DNA from: Hormiphora californensis | Lineage: Eukaryota; Animalia; Ctenophora | Reading direction: 5' to 3' | Length of the DNA stretch: 64,000 nucleotides | NCBI GenBank assembly: GCA_020137815.1 | Contig: CM035358.1 | Location: forward strand, 2,976,001 to 3,040,000 | Part shown: one piece after another, positions 1 to 14,200 of the stretch | Layout: every line of letters starts with the position of its first letter | How positions within the stretch are numbered: the stretch's first letter is position 1 | The notes under the pieces: generated by a model | Told to the model about the DNA's origin: nothing | Database searches by the model: none | The model's input: only the letters and a program-made list of their open reading frames with translations | Translations under genes and position numbers: made by a program

Positions 1-1555
1 TGATAAGAGTAGGAATGGGTTCCATTATGAGGAAGGTTATCGTAAAACATGTCATGGCCACACTCAGGACAATCAGGGCAAACAGCATGTTCAGCAAACC
101 TTTAGGACACGATCTCTCACTTTTGGGATCTGAAACGTTACACAGTTTTAGAAAATATTATAGGTTCGAAAGCCAGCCCTGTTTGAGTATGACACCCATG
201 AAAGGGGCTGAATAAACATGGTTTGTACCTGCCAGGATTATAATCTGAGGTAGTATCATTGCCAGGGCCCCAGCGATAAGGAGGTACCTAATTGCACGTC
301 GGTTGTGAAACGGAAAATACCTGACCAGGACATAGCAGAAGTGGGGGTACATGTATAACCACATTCTTCCTAGTATATCCGGGGAGATGAGGGGTTAGTG
401 GGGGTTGTTAGTGGGGGAACATGTTCACACATTGTTCCTATAGGGAGAGGGAAAGAGGTTTTTCAGCAGGTATCGTTGAAAGAGAGAAGGAAGGAAAGGT
501 AAGGGAAAAGAAAACCGATTGGTAAGTTGTATAAATGATCTTTAGCATGCAGTATATAAATCTTGATGTCATTACAAAATGCTCTCTACAAAATCAGTGT
601 ATAAAAGTTTCCTGAAAATAAAGAATGTCCATTACCCTGCCGTCTCGTCTAGAGGTAGCTCTGACAGCGCCTGACTAGTTGTACAGCTGTCTAAACCCGC
701 TGTGTTCGTTACAGCGCTCACAGTATTGTCTTCTACTGCCATTTTAACTTCGTGAAGCTGACATATAGCATGCTCCAATAATTCCATGACCTTCTTAGTT
801 TCTGGAGTTTCGGCTGTTTTAGGACGGTCGCCACTTGGTAGTGGGGTTGAGCCAGAGTTTCTCAGGGAAGTGGCAGCAGTTGGTTTCTTTCTCTTCTTCT
901 TTCCTTGTTGTCCCAATAAACTATAGCCCTCAGGAAGAGAGACTGAACTATCGAGGTGCTTTGGGCGGTAGCAACACTTGGGGCTATTTTCTCGTCGCTC
1001 CTTTTCAATACACGATTCACACAAATCTACCGAAGAATCCTCTGCAGCTAAAACTTGATCGACCCACTGAGGAGTTTTCGCAGGATTGCAGTGACACTCA
1101 TTTCCCTCACTCTGTTGAAACTGTTCGGTTATGTTGGGATGTGAATCATACGAAGCACAGTCGAACAATGTTTCCCCAGTTTGTGGATCAGCCATCAACA
1201 ACTTGATTGTATCATTACTCCCCTCTGAGTCTGAGTTTCGAGGTTTGTCGACGTTTGGAAAGCGTCGCATTATCTTTTCATCGATCTCGTTCAGCCATCG
1301 TTGAACTGACGTCTCGCTGTGATCCTCGGGGACAGATGTGCGGCTTTTGCGGGGCGGAGGCGTACGAAACTTTACTGGGGTTAAATTGGGTGGCATTGTT
1401 AGCACATCATGTAACCAGGTCTTCGGATACGGTGAACGGAAAAGATGGTCATAGCTGTTCGTTCGGCACGGTGATGAATATGGCGAATTTTCAAGAGTCC
1501 TCTTAACTCGATGCTCTAAGATGTAAGCGTTCAGTTTTGCTGTAGGACTTTCCAT
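1..1555 (-). CDS. Partial spliced gene: long low-complexity N-terminus followed by transmembrane segments; continues beyond window start
   Basis: Exons 1555-636 (MESPTAK...ETAG, donor GG|gtaat), 320-229 (YFPFHNRRAIRYLLIAGALAMILPQIIILA) and 129-<1 (DPKSERSCPKGLLNMLFALIVLSVAMTCFTITFLIMEPIPTLI). Splice phases 2 and 1 match across introns. Two hydrophobic helices. Family not recognised. Confidence 0.65.
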
Positions 1556-1724
1556 GCCTGAGAAGAGTTTCAATGTAGATTAAGGCTAAAGCAGGACAAA
1601 ATCATTAATCAGAGGAAATCAAAAAATTTAAAAAGTCAAAAAGAAAATTTGCAAAACTTCTTTTTCAGTTCAAAAACTTGCTCATAATTTTGTTTAAGCC
1701 GCGCATAAATGCATCGTTTTCTTA

Positions 1725-1770
1725 TAATTTTTCGCGCGTGCGTGCTTGGTGTAGCGGACGCGCGCGCGTT
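1725..1770. promoter_or_regulatory. CpG-rich (CGCGCG, TTTTCGCGCG E2F-like) patch between divergently oriented genes
   Basis: TTTTCGCGCGTG and GGACGCGCGCGCG lie in AT-rich DNA between the minus-strand ATG at 1555 and the ZIP ATG at 2338. Promoter role is inferred. Confidence 0.3.
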
Positions 1771-2337
1771 ATTTATCAAATTCTTATATTCTCATTTTTT
1801 TCTTATCTTAAAAATTGTTTTTTTAAAATTGAAATCGTGGTTCGTGACAAAAAAACACAAATCTGAGGTTCATCTGTGGTGCACAGACCACAGCTGACAG
1901 CTCTACTATCAAGGCATCTATTTTTTTAGTTGATGCACAAAAATACAGAACCAGTTTTTTGTCAAATACACTCCTGTCGTTTTCCAGTTTCCTGGCTGAA
2001 GCTCTGTCCCCAGTTGCGGTCCCACTCTTTTATCTGGGACTGGAGACAACCGAGAAGGAATACTTCACTCTCTTCAGTAGACAGCAGTTTCTCCTCAGTT
2101 GCTGCAAAATGATGTCAATAGGGTAGTTTCAAGTTTCAACAAAGAATCAAAACCAACTTACGATAATCTAAGATCTTCTATCTTTCTGCGTTGGTGTTTG
2201 ATTTGACTAGTCTCAATTATTTTCATATGCTTAGTAAACACTAAACATACATGTCCCCTGCTGCTGTAGTCTACTTCTTAAATTATCAATTATCCCAAGT
2301 ACTAATCCATATATAACGTGAAACTTTTCTACCAGCC

Positions 2338-5300
2338 ATGAACCGTTTAAAATTTTTAACAACTTTTATCCTGCTTATCACAGCCACCGTTTTTGCAGAG
2401 GGAGACGATCATGGTAAGGTTTTCATATTTTGTGTCACATGAGATGATTGATTGATTGACATTAGGTTTTTGGATAATAATAACCCCGATATTGGATTCT
2501 CATCCCCCTCCTTCTTCAGAGCATGAGCACGAGGAGGGAGAATCACCAGCCCATGAATGTGAGGAAGCTGGAGGATTGTACTGTTTTAACCCCGCCACCA
2601 ACTTGAATTGCTACAAAGATGGCATGTCTGACCTGACTAACAGTATTGAGTGGTTCGAAGCTTACTGTCTATGCACAGGTAAAAGTTGTCATGTTATCTT
2701 TTCTTCGGCCGAATTCAGGTCGGAGGTGCATGCCTGCACCTGCCACCTAAATGAACAAGCGTGAAAGAGATATAAAAGTCGGTTTAAGTTTTGCCATGGG
2801 CCAGTGATCCCATCCCTGCTCACCCACCCCATCTACTCCACTGCTGTTAGCATATATTAATGACAACACAGTTTTTGTGAAAGTTTGTCACCCATGAATG
2901 TTGGTAACTACCTAGTAAGGAAATCTGACTCTTACATTTCACAACCACATCCTCAATAAATAGTTTTACGTTGTAGTTGTAGTTGATGAAAGTTTGAAAC
3001 TCCCTGGACTTTATTCCTCCACAGTACTATATCATGATGGGTAGTGTTTCACAGAGAGCGGGTTGTCGTGCGTCGTCGGCATCCTCATTACTATGGCTAC
3101 CTCACAGAGTTACTACGGCCCAGAGTTCATCTCTTTATTCTCCATCTCTCATTTCTCTCAACGTCTCTTTTACCAATCGATCTAGAGAGAGGGAGATGGA
3201 ATTGAAAGTCGGCCAACCACATCCAAGATCTAATTACCTAGTGAATATTTTTATGAGGGGGCATGGTCACGAGACAACTTCCAACGGCCAAAACAATGTT
3301 TCTTAGAACCCAATACCATGAAAGCTTGAAATAACGAACTGATTGAAACGGTTATATTCCTTATTTTCAGAAACTTCAGATGCAAACCCCACTGCGTTGG
3401 ATGATGAAAGTGTCAATGCAACCCTTGGTTCTGACGGCAAACCCAACTGTACCAGTACCGCTAGGAATGATTGTTTCGTATACAAGGAGTCCATGTACAA
3501 CTTTTATCAGTACGTATTGGTTCCTGCCATTCTATGTATTGGATTTTTGCTCAGATCTCATTCAGAATAGTATTGATCATGTTCCTGACAGTTTTATATA
3601 ACATCTAGAACCAAACTGAACCGTTGAGGAGTCCCCATGTTTTTTTTATTATCAAAAAGGTGATCCACTACCTGTTTGTTACAGAGGTAAGTGTTGGACC
3701 ATGGAGATGTGCAATAACGATGCTACCAAATCCTGGAAGGCTGGGGATGTAGCAACGTGTGCCAACAAAGAGGATGTGAGTTGGTTTAGCTCTAGTTACG
3801 TAACACAAGTTTAGAGAAATATAATTGTTTCGCTAGCATGAGCTAGGTCGTCAGTTTCAAATTCTAAAGTTGTCTAGTGTTTTGTTCAGAATATTTTGCA
3901 CAGTCTACCCCAGTCCCCCAGTCCCCACATGAGGCCACATGACATATATGCCACATGCCACATGTGACATGGTAGGATATTTAAACCGACCATTTTCATT
4001 TTGACTAAAATATTTGATAACAGAATCTCAAATGTTTTAAGCCTAAGTATAACAGATAACGCTTAGTGGTAAGTGAATTTAGAAAAGAGGATAACGGTTC
4101 AAGGTGCAGAGCTGTGTAAAAGAAACATTATCTCCGTGATGTGAAAAATACAAATTCGAGCCAACCATTCTACCCCTTAACCCCCACCCCCCCCCCCCAG
4201 CCACAAAACACAACACCTTCTAAATTCACGCCTCCCAAATCCAGCTGATATAGCCCCACACGGTGTGAAAACTCGACAAGAAATACTTTTTTATTGTTCG
4301 CAAGCATCTCTCCAATTGTAACACCCTGTGCTCACCTCGTGCTCACCTGTCATGAGTGGTAGTACTGCTTCTGGAAACAGCTTTTCTAACCGACTCAGAG
4401 TGAACAGTGATGAAAGAGTGACAAAGGTGGTATACCGTGAGGTTCAGAGTGAAGTTGTGGACCTAGTGCGAGAACTGTTTGTTCATGTGAAGGAGGCAGA
4501 TTCATTCCCCAAGAAATGGTCTGCTAGTTCAGCTTCCTGTTTCTGGGACAATCTGAAGTGTCCTAGTAAGAGTAAGATCAAGGCAGTGGGAAAACCTGAA
4601 CTTGCTGAGTTTGCAGAGAAGGCATGTCGCTTGCTGGTTGAGCGGTGTTACCCGGCGATTGATAAGCTTTCTATTGAAACTGAGGAGTGTGAGAGGAGAA
4701 TCATTAACTGTCAAGAGGAGCTTATCACCGCACAGCGATTGTTGGTCGGGGGGGGCTCAACACCTAACTGTATGACACTCATGACTCTTAGAGGGGTGGT
4801 ACCCCGGAGGGGTCCGACAGTTAGGCGCTTGCGCCTAACTGTCGATAATCTTATTAACTGGGTACCCTTTTAGATGATCTACAGTAAAAAATTAGTAAAT
4901 TTACATCAATTTTAACATCGTATCAGCCAAAAAATTTGCTTTTAGTGCAAAATTCACCCGGAAATCCAGTTTTGAAGCTTAGTCATCAATTTTACACCCA
5001 TTTGTGGCAGGGAAACACCGCATTATGAATACATAATCAATAATTATTGTTTAGGTTACTAGTATATTATGACTGGTCACGTGATTCAGAACCAAGTGAG
5101 GCACCCGTTCTGGCCTCTGATGGGCTGTTGACTGCAGTCATGTGATGATCATTAACCCATGTTATGACCATATATGGTTAATATGTGGTTCACGTGATAC
5201 GTTTGTTCTGCCGTTATTGGTTCTGGACCTAGTGAGGCACCCGTTCTGGCCTCTGATCGGCTATTGATTGCAGAGTGCAGGCACGGGATAACTCTGATTG

Positions 5301-8300
5301 GTTGTTCAGTGTTCACTGCAATCACGTGATGATCATGTGACCCATTCTTTGACCATATATGGTCAAAATATTGTTCACATGACCTAATATACTGTACACA
5401 ATATTGTATTTACTCACTAACATTTGGAATTTGGATCATAATTTGATTGAATTTGGGGTACCTACAGCATCTTAACAGTTAGATGTAACGCCTAAGTGTT
5501 AATTGAATTAGACAAGGGTGGTACCTAGAGAAATTTGGGAATTTTATACAGTTAGAGTCATGAGTGTCATACAGTTAGGTGTTGAGCCCCCCCCCCCCCC
5601 CCCCCCGTGTTGGTTGAGGCCCAGGACCGCTTAGTCAAGCTACAGTGTGAGCTGTTGGAGAAGAGAGACGGTGAGATCATTGCCGTGCAGTCTACCGCTG
5701 AGAAGGAGATTAAATCTTTTGCTGGTGTTCTCCAGAAAAACTGTGAGACTGCCCTAGCACCGCAGCGGGTACGTCATGCTATTGCTGTAGCGACAGAGGA
5801 CAGGGCGAACAATGTTATTGTGCATGGTCTGTTTGATGACCGGGCTGAGAACGATGAGGATCTGGAGAACGAAATTAAGCGAGTGTTTAACAGTATGGGT
5901 GCGTGTATTACTGGTATTTCCAGTATGAAGCGACTTGGGAAATACAAGGATGGTTCTGACCGGCCTGTAAAGCTACGTTTATGTGGTAAAGACTTCCGAG
6001 ATCAAGTACTGTCCAGTAAGAAATCTCTGAAGAACTCTGAAAGGCACAAAAATGTCTACATTTCCCCTGACCGTTCTCCAGAGGAGAGGGAGGAGAGGAG
6101 GAAGCTGGTGGTAACGTTGAAGGAGAGGAAGGATGCGGAGCCGGGGAAGACATTTGGGATTCGAGGTGGCAAGGTGGAGGAAGTGTGAGAAACAGTATGT
6201 GACTGCTGTGTTCGAGTTTGTGTGTTGTAAGGTTTTTTGTGACTGGACTTTTGAGCATCAGAGCACCGGACTTTTAATTTGGATTAAGAACATTATTTTT
6301 ACTTTATATACTCTAGATATATTTGCAATGGTGAACCGCTCTGATTGCCGTGTAGTTTACTAGTTGTTTTTTTCTAGTTACCTATATGGTATGAGCGTGT
6401 ATACAAGTACGGATATTATTATTATTATTATTATGTATAACTACTCCACACCCCTCTTCAGAGATGTAACAGGATGGACGATGCGGAGTGGCACGAGGAT
6501 GATCAGGAATGTGAGTGTAAGGAAGAGGGAGCCAAGTTTCACATTGACCACTGCCACGGGGAGGAAGAGGAGAAAAAGGTCGGAGCTGAAAAGTGGTTGT
6601 TTGGAATTCTCGCAGTGGCTTTTGTGAGCGCATTTGCGGTGATTGGGGTGTTTATTGTTCTTCTACGACATCAATGGTGGTATGATCTGTTGTTGAGTTT
6701 TATGGTGGCCCTTGCTATGGGATGTCTCCTGTCTGATGCCACCCTTCATCTTATACCACTTGTAAGTGTATCAATCTTATGAGGCGGTAAATACTGCAAA
6801 ACCTTTGGAGTTTGGGTTTGCAGCATATATATAAGATGTGCTCTCGCAGTCTCGCCTCTCAACTGATTAACAATTGTTATTCGGTATATGTTTTTAAACA
6901 GTACTACAATTACTAAGCTTTGATCCCCTGCTGCAGGCACTAACGGTATTTCACCCCGATATAACCCCCTGCAGGCCCTGGGACTCCACTCTCATGACGA
7001 TGGAGATGACGGTCACGACCACGGTCATGAAGAAGAAGAGGAGGAGATGACAGCGACACAGAGAAGGAACATTACCATCGGAATCACAGCTGGGGTGTAC
7101 TTGTTCCTCTTGTTTGAGAAACTCATCCATGTGATCCTACCAAACCATAGCCATAGTCACGTGAGTAATAAGAAGCCGGTGTCTCACTGGCTCTAACTGT
7201 TTTGCTGTATCTATATCACATGGGATCATTATTGTAGTTTCTGGGTCTAATGTCTTTATTTTTAGTTTCTACATACCTGACTTCCTAGTACCTGTCTAGT
7301 GTCTACCTAGACCTGTATCTTTCTGTATCTACATTGTTCTCCTTGTTTTGTTGTTCACATTTCAAGACCACATACCGACTAGAACATAACTAGATCCAAA
7401 AACCAAACAAGTTTGGTGGATAGCCGGGGCCGGAGAAATTAAAAATCGTTCGAAAGTTTTGATACATGAACTTTCGGGGCCTGGGGTGCTGTTAAATTCG
7501 CGTTTCCATGATTATAACCAATAAAATTTTCAAACTATACGCCAGGAAAACTAGTGCAATGATCAAACATTAGTTCATTCCACATTATCATAAATACAGA
7601 TCCACACATGTCACATATATTTACTGTGCACCTAGTGGGTCGTTTCAGAGTCTGATAATAGTTTGATAATAATAGTGTGTTTTGAAAGACTGGCTGACTA
7701 TCATGGAAACGCGAATTTAACAGCACCCCAGGCCCCGAAAGTTCATGTATCAAAACTTTCGAACGATTTTTAATTTCTCCGGCCCCGGCTATCCACCAAA
7801 CTTGTTTGGTTTTTGGATCTAGTATCAGGCATTTTGTTATACTATGACATGCATTTTGTAATACTAGCTTAATCTAATAAACACGGATTGAGGATTCACG
7901 GAATTTTTAAATCGTAGGTACTAGGTAGCCTCATAATAATCGCAGATATCCAATCTCGGATATCAATCGCGAATAACTAATATGATATTAATCGCAGACA
8001 ACCAATCGCAGATAACTTATCAGTTATCACGAATCCGTTATAAGTTATCGCGATTTATTTCGCGACAAGTTATCGTGGTTAGTTATCCGCAATTGGTTCT
8101 CCGCGATTGGTTCTCTGCGATTATTCTATGATTTTGATTATTAGTCACGGATAATGATCACGGATAAGCATTAATAATCAGATATATCTGATAAAATCAG
8201 GTTCTAGATGCTAATTCGCTCGTTTCTGGGTGTTTTTTTAAATCGTCTTAAATTTAAGATAGTAATAACTCTAGATATGACTACGAATAGCCCCTAAAAT

Positions 8301-10604
8301 TGCAACAGGCCACCTAATTCTACAAAATATGCCTGATACAACAAAACTCGCCCCTTTCTAGATGTTTTTGAAAATCGTCTTATATCTATGACAGTCATAA
8401 TTCTAGATATGACTACCAATTATCACTGAAAATGCGGCAGTAACCCTAATTTTATAAAACAAATCTGATTCAATGTTAATTTAGACTCTGAATCGCTTCT
8501 TTGTAGGTGTTTTTAAAATCGTCTTAAATTTAAGACAGTCATACATATAGATATGACTACCAATTGTATCTGAAAATACAGCAGTTAACCCACGTTGGAA
8601 AAAAATGTATGATAAAATCATGATTTATAGTTTAATTTGCTCTTTTCTAGGCTTTTTTGAAAATCGTCTTAAATCTTAATACAGTCAGATGCCCGTAACT
8701 GAAGAACCGTAACTCGGATTTGCTTGAAATTTTGAACGTGTGTTCAAGATGACAAGGCAACACAACGTACCAAGCGGCGTGTTCATAGAACGACGGGAAG
8801 GTTGTCTAAGACGCCAAACAAAACTTAAGACAGTCATAACTTTTGTTATGACTGTCAGTTTTCTCTGTCCAAGCTTTAATACAAGGTACACCACTAGACC
8901 TACCATCTCCCAAAGTTTCATGGTGATAGCTTTAAAACTGTGGCCTCCATCGTGTACGTAAAAAGGTCGTACAATCAAGGTCGTTAGTCACGCCAAAAAC
9001 GGACATTTTGTCTAAAATACGACCATCTGTAGCGCAAAAACCGTAACTCCGATTTGCATGAAATTTTGAACGTGTGCTCTAGGTGTCAAGGCAACACGAA
9101 CTACCAAGCGGCATGTTCGTAGTACAACGGGAAGGTTGTCTAAAACAAAGTTGAAATTGCCGATTTCAGACAATAAGTATAGTAGCGCTGTCAGAATTTT
9201 CAAAAATTTTCAAAAATTCTCAAAAAATTTTTTTCCGCAATTTCGATTTTCCTTTTACTGGGAGGAAAGATGCTTGTTAGAGGGAAATTTTTGGGAAAAT
9301 TATGGTTGGGGGAAGGGAGGATTGGGCCCCGGGCGCTTGCCAGCGCTATGATGGTGATATGACGTATTGTAACTAAAGTGCACTATTGTTAGTAGGACGT
9401 GAAACAATAGAGGTTTACACGCCTGACTACTGCACTACACTGTTATTGTTATTATAGTGGACAGGTAGTGGAGTACTATAGGGTCAGAGATGAGAGAAGG
9501 ATAGCTAGAGATGGGTAGGAGCATACATGTGTTATGTAATTTCATTTAAAAACTCACTCTTCTGGAACTGCGGAAATGCCATCTATTTTGTAGTCACGCT
9601 CAGATTCACTCCCGCTTCTTCTAGTTAACTAATATATGCGACCTATTGTTACCATGGTTTCCAGAACCACACACTCCAATCATGCTTTTAGAAGAGGTTG
9701 TGGGGGAGGGAATGTGGCCATGCGGGGGAGAGAATGTCCAATTTAGTGGTCAATCTAATCTGTAACATCAGAAGGCTACTCTAGGCTACTGTTGCGTACT
9801 GTGGGGGAAAGGAGGATGGGTATTATTTTAATAAAGCCTAGAAAAAAAATCATTTACAACAAGGATTGTGTTGGGAGGTCTAATTAGGTTTCAACCTGAT
9901 GACTCATCAGGTGGGAGAACTGATTAGGAATAACATTTGTTGAAAACCCCAGCTTACTCAACAAAGTAACATAGGATCTAGAATAGTCATTGTTGTGCCC
10001 AGTTTCATCAACTGATAAGAAAAACACACAGTGTCTTGTTAAGATAAAGTCCGTTTACTCATTTTACCGGAAAAGAACACAGAATTCCTCGCTGATTTTA
10101 CGGCTAATAAAGAATCAGCATAATAATCTCGAACACACCCAAACAGATGTGTAATCAAGAAATATAATAAGAGAATGAGGGGCATCGAATTTTGAAGAAG
10201 TTCATTTTCTCACCCTCTCAAGTCGCATATAATCATCTTTTGCTAACACTCTTCCTCATCATCTATTCATTTCTCTCGTAACTCTAACACCCCTCCTCTT
10301 TTGTCTCCCAGGGACCAGCAGAAGTGATTGCCAATCCCAATGCACCCGGGGATGTGGAGATGAAACCTAATAACCAGGTAAAACAATGAATGTGAAATAT
10401 GATTCGTCATAATCCATGATTCATTGCAGCATGATTCGATTATCATTATCGACACTTCATTTATAATTATTATCATCTTCACGGATTGAAATCAGTGCTA
10501 TCGTTGTGCTGTTGCACCTCCCCCGCAATACAATGCTATCCAGAACCTTGTTCGTTTAGTCCAATCACTCCTACATATAATTCAGATAGTCGTATTTCTT
10601 TCTT

Positions 10605-10664
<60 letters not shown>

Positions 10665-11113
10665 TATCCCGTGCTATATAAAGGATAGTTGCAGGTACAT
10701 CCACGTTGCTCCCTCACTGATGTAGAGTCATATGACCAGCAGCAAATCTACAAAAAGGTAGCTTGGTAAAGTGTGACGTGAACTTGAATTGATCGTACTA
10801 CTGCAGCACTAGATTCGAGTCTGAGCAAATGTGCCCTTCTTCTGTCATGATCTACGTGGATTCAATGATCTCTTTTTTTATTCCTTTGTGTATGAAAACG
10901 ATTTATTATAAAGTTTCATAGCCCTATATGTTGAACCCCCGCTCTCTAAAAGGGTTGTTTGCTAACAGGTTATGTCTACTCTCACATACTCTCACACTGT
11001 ACTTTGCATGCAAGATCGTCACTGGAGTGGGTTGTCTGTATGGTTATGCACACTATGTAGCTTTTCTCATTTGTCAAATACTCTTTCTATCTCACTCTCT
11101 CTCACTCTCACTC

Positions 11114-11208
<95 letters not shown>

Positions 11209-14200
11209 TCCCTCTTGATGTCTATTGTCTGTTGACCCGACCAACAGACATCAGAGTCGTCGGGGAAAACTCTCAACCTCCATCGAAAATCGTTATATTT
11301 CGACCCTTCTCGAACATTCCCTGATCGAAATCTAATTAAGTTGATAATGAAGTTCCTTCCATTACATTAAAAGTACCTGGAAAACGGAGATGGGGGAGTG
11401 TCCCCCTCATAACATCTATTATAATTCAGGGAAAGTACTTCCTCGCACGTTAACAATGTTGTGCAGCCGCATGCAGTGTATTATTGGTAACAAAACATTC
11501 ACATGTTCATGCTTTATATGTTCATGTTTAATGTTCACCTAGCATGCAAGTGTTAGGCACCCTTTTTAGGTACTCGTCAGGATGTCTATCATGGACTATG
11601 CCAGTTTATTATATGGCCTCTACTACAACAAAATAGGAGTTTCTATAGAATATTGAAATTTGAAACTTTCTGAAAAAATATATGGCATTGTATTTTCAGC
11701 AACTCATTTAACAGTTCCTTTATCACATTCTTTGTTTCAAACAAAAATAACCATAATTTTATCACAACCCGCACCCCTCCCCGCCTCGGCCTTTCTTACC
11801 ATAGTACCATATACCTATCTGGATGTGTTACTCGACCCTTACTAACCACACTCAGGATGCTCGGATCACCCTAACAACAACAACCATATCTCTCTCTTTT
11901 ATCAGGAGAAGGATGTTGAAGAAAGTACCACGAAGGGAATCTGCAATGTTGACAGTGTCGCATGGATGATCATTTTCGGTAGGAAATAAAAACTCCCCCG
12001 TTAAATTTAGGGTATTTAACACTTGAACACTGATATTCCTAGCACGAACGTTATTATAGTGTCAAGCTAGTGCAGGCTTTTATCTTGCTACTAGAATTAT
12101 AGACTAGTAGTTGGATCTGTTGGAAGATAAAAAGCCACTTTCCCAATGACCAGTGGTTCTCTAGAAATTAAAAGATAAAATCTATCTCTCTCTCTCTCTC
12201 TCTCCCAATTTCATACGGTCACCCACGTTCCTATCAGTCTCTCAGATCAGGTTTCCCTGCTCCCCCTCCCTGTGTGCGGTAATGTGTTTAACAGATAAGC
12301 CAGGCGCAGGTTATATGAGATAATTCCTCAAACATCTTCCGGCACCTCCTTAGCCTTAGTATCCTTGTCTCTATCTCTCTCCCTCTATTCTCTCCCTCTA
12401 TTATCTATCTCTCTAAGGACCCCGCTGTCTAGTCTCTACCTTTTACAAACAGGTTTATGACCTTAGAGCCGCCTGTCTCATACTAACCTTATTATGCAGG
12501 TCGGTGTGCTAAATACCTTGAGAATATTACTTAGCAGTTTAGAATTCCCCTTCTAATCTCAAGAACCAACAAGTTATAGTCTCAACCTGTCTAAATACCT
12601 TTCTCTAGATGACGCACTACATAACTTTGAGGACGGTCTGGTGATGGTTTTGGGGGTTAAAGGGGATACATAATAAGTAGTATGTTGGGATAAAATGGCT
12701 TTAAGAGTATTCGTTTCAAGGATGGGTTTACAAAGGAAAATTTAAATGTCCTTATTGCAGGGTTTTTTTTTGCTACTAGACTAGTATTTTAAAAAGATAA
12801 AAACCCCTTTTTCCCAAAAGACCGCAGTGGGTTCTAGAAAAAAAAAAGAAAAAAGTTTTTTTCTCTTCCTTTGCCCCCCCCCCCCCACCCCCCTCTCTCC
12901 CCCTCTAGGGAAAAAGAAGCGCCCCCCCAAAGGAGAGGGAAGGGGACCGGAGGGAGGGGGAAGGAGGGGAAGGAAAGAGGGGAAAAGGAATTAAGAGAAA
13001 GTCGGGCGAGGGGAAGAGGGGGTATAAAGCGAGGCCCAACCCCCACGGGGTTTTCTCTAATTCCCCCTTAATTAGATCCCCCCAAGGGGGGGCCTTTTTC
13101 TCTTTTCTCCCCTCTTTTCTCTAAATATCTCCCTCTCTCTATCCCCCCCCTTCCCCTTTCCCTCCCCCATTCCCCCAAATTTATACGGTCACCCAGTTTC
13201 CCATAGGGCCCCCCAGATCAGGTTTTCCCTGCTCCCCCCCCCCCTGTGGGGCGGTTTTCGGTAATGTGGGTTTTAAATGAAAAGGGGGCCGGGCGCCCAA
13301 GGGTTTTTAGGAAACTAATTTTTTCAAACATCTTTTGGCACCTAGCCCCCTTCCCCAGCTTTTTCTTTCCCCCCTCATCTCTCCCTCTATTTTTCTTCCC
13401 TCATCTCTTCCCCCTATTAAACAAAAACCTCTAAGGGGGCCCCCGGGCGGGGCTAGTGCTCCCCGTCACAAACCCGGTTTATGACCTTAGAACCGGGCCC
13501 GTCCCCATACTAAAATTTTTTTGCCGGGCGGGTGCGAAATACCTTTAGAATAAAAACTTAAACCGTTTAGAATTCCCCTTCTAAATTTAAGCCCCAAAAA
13601 GTTTTGTTCAACCTTTCTAAAATGCTTTAAAAAAAAAAATAAACCCCTTAAAAAACTTAAAAATTTCCCCCCGGGGCCAAAACCCGGCCAAATGGCAACC
13701 TTTAAACTCCATACCGTCAAAGGGCTATCACCAAAATTAGGGCCCCTAAAAACCTTTCCCCAAATTCCCCGGGAGCAAATTTCATTAACTTTTTGGGGGG
13801 CGGTTTTGGTGAGGGGTGCGGGTTTGCGAGTCAAACGCTAAATTTGGGGGCTAGGAAAAAACAACCCGTCTTTTGCCACGAAGTACCGCAGGGGTTTGGA
13901 GGTAAGGTACCCCCGGGGTATTATTGAGCCATGGGTGATAAAAAGGTTTAAATTTCATGGTGTTGGGGAGTTGTCATGGTTTTCTTGGGGGTAAAGTTCC
14001 TGGGGTTTCAATGGTTTTCCCTTTGGGTGTTTGGAAAATTCCTGTTTTTAAAAATGGGGAGCAAGGGTTTTATTAAACTGGACGGGTAAGGTTTTCAAAC
14101 CAATCTATATCTTCCCTACAGGTGACTTTGCAGTGCTCCTGAATGCCGGAATGAAGATAAAGTATGCTATCCTTTTCAACTTCCTCTCAGCCTGTACCTG

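Noticed and set aside
10486-11235. (SL)n / (ER)n ORFs here and at ~34700, 40000, 45600, 62400 and 63700
   Set aside because: Translations of (CT)n/(GA)n microsatellites.
12770-13620. Possible real tandem duplication in a ZIP intron
   Set aside because: The second copy differs mainly by homopolymer expansion, typical of an unpolished read.
12609-13900. Apparent non-canonical ZIP metal-site motifs ([19 protein letters not shown])
   Set aside because: They fall at or inside the corrupted segment, so substitutions cannot be trusted.
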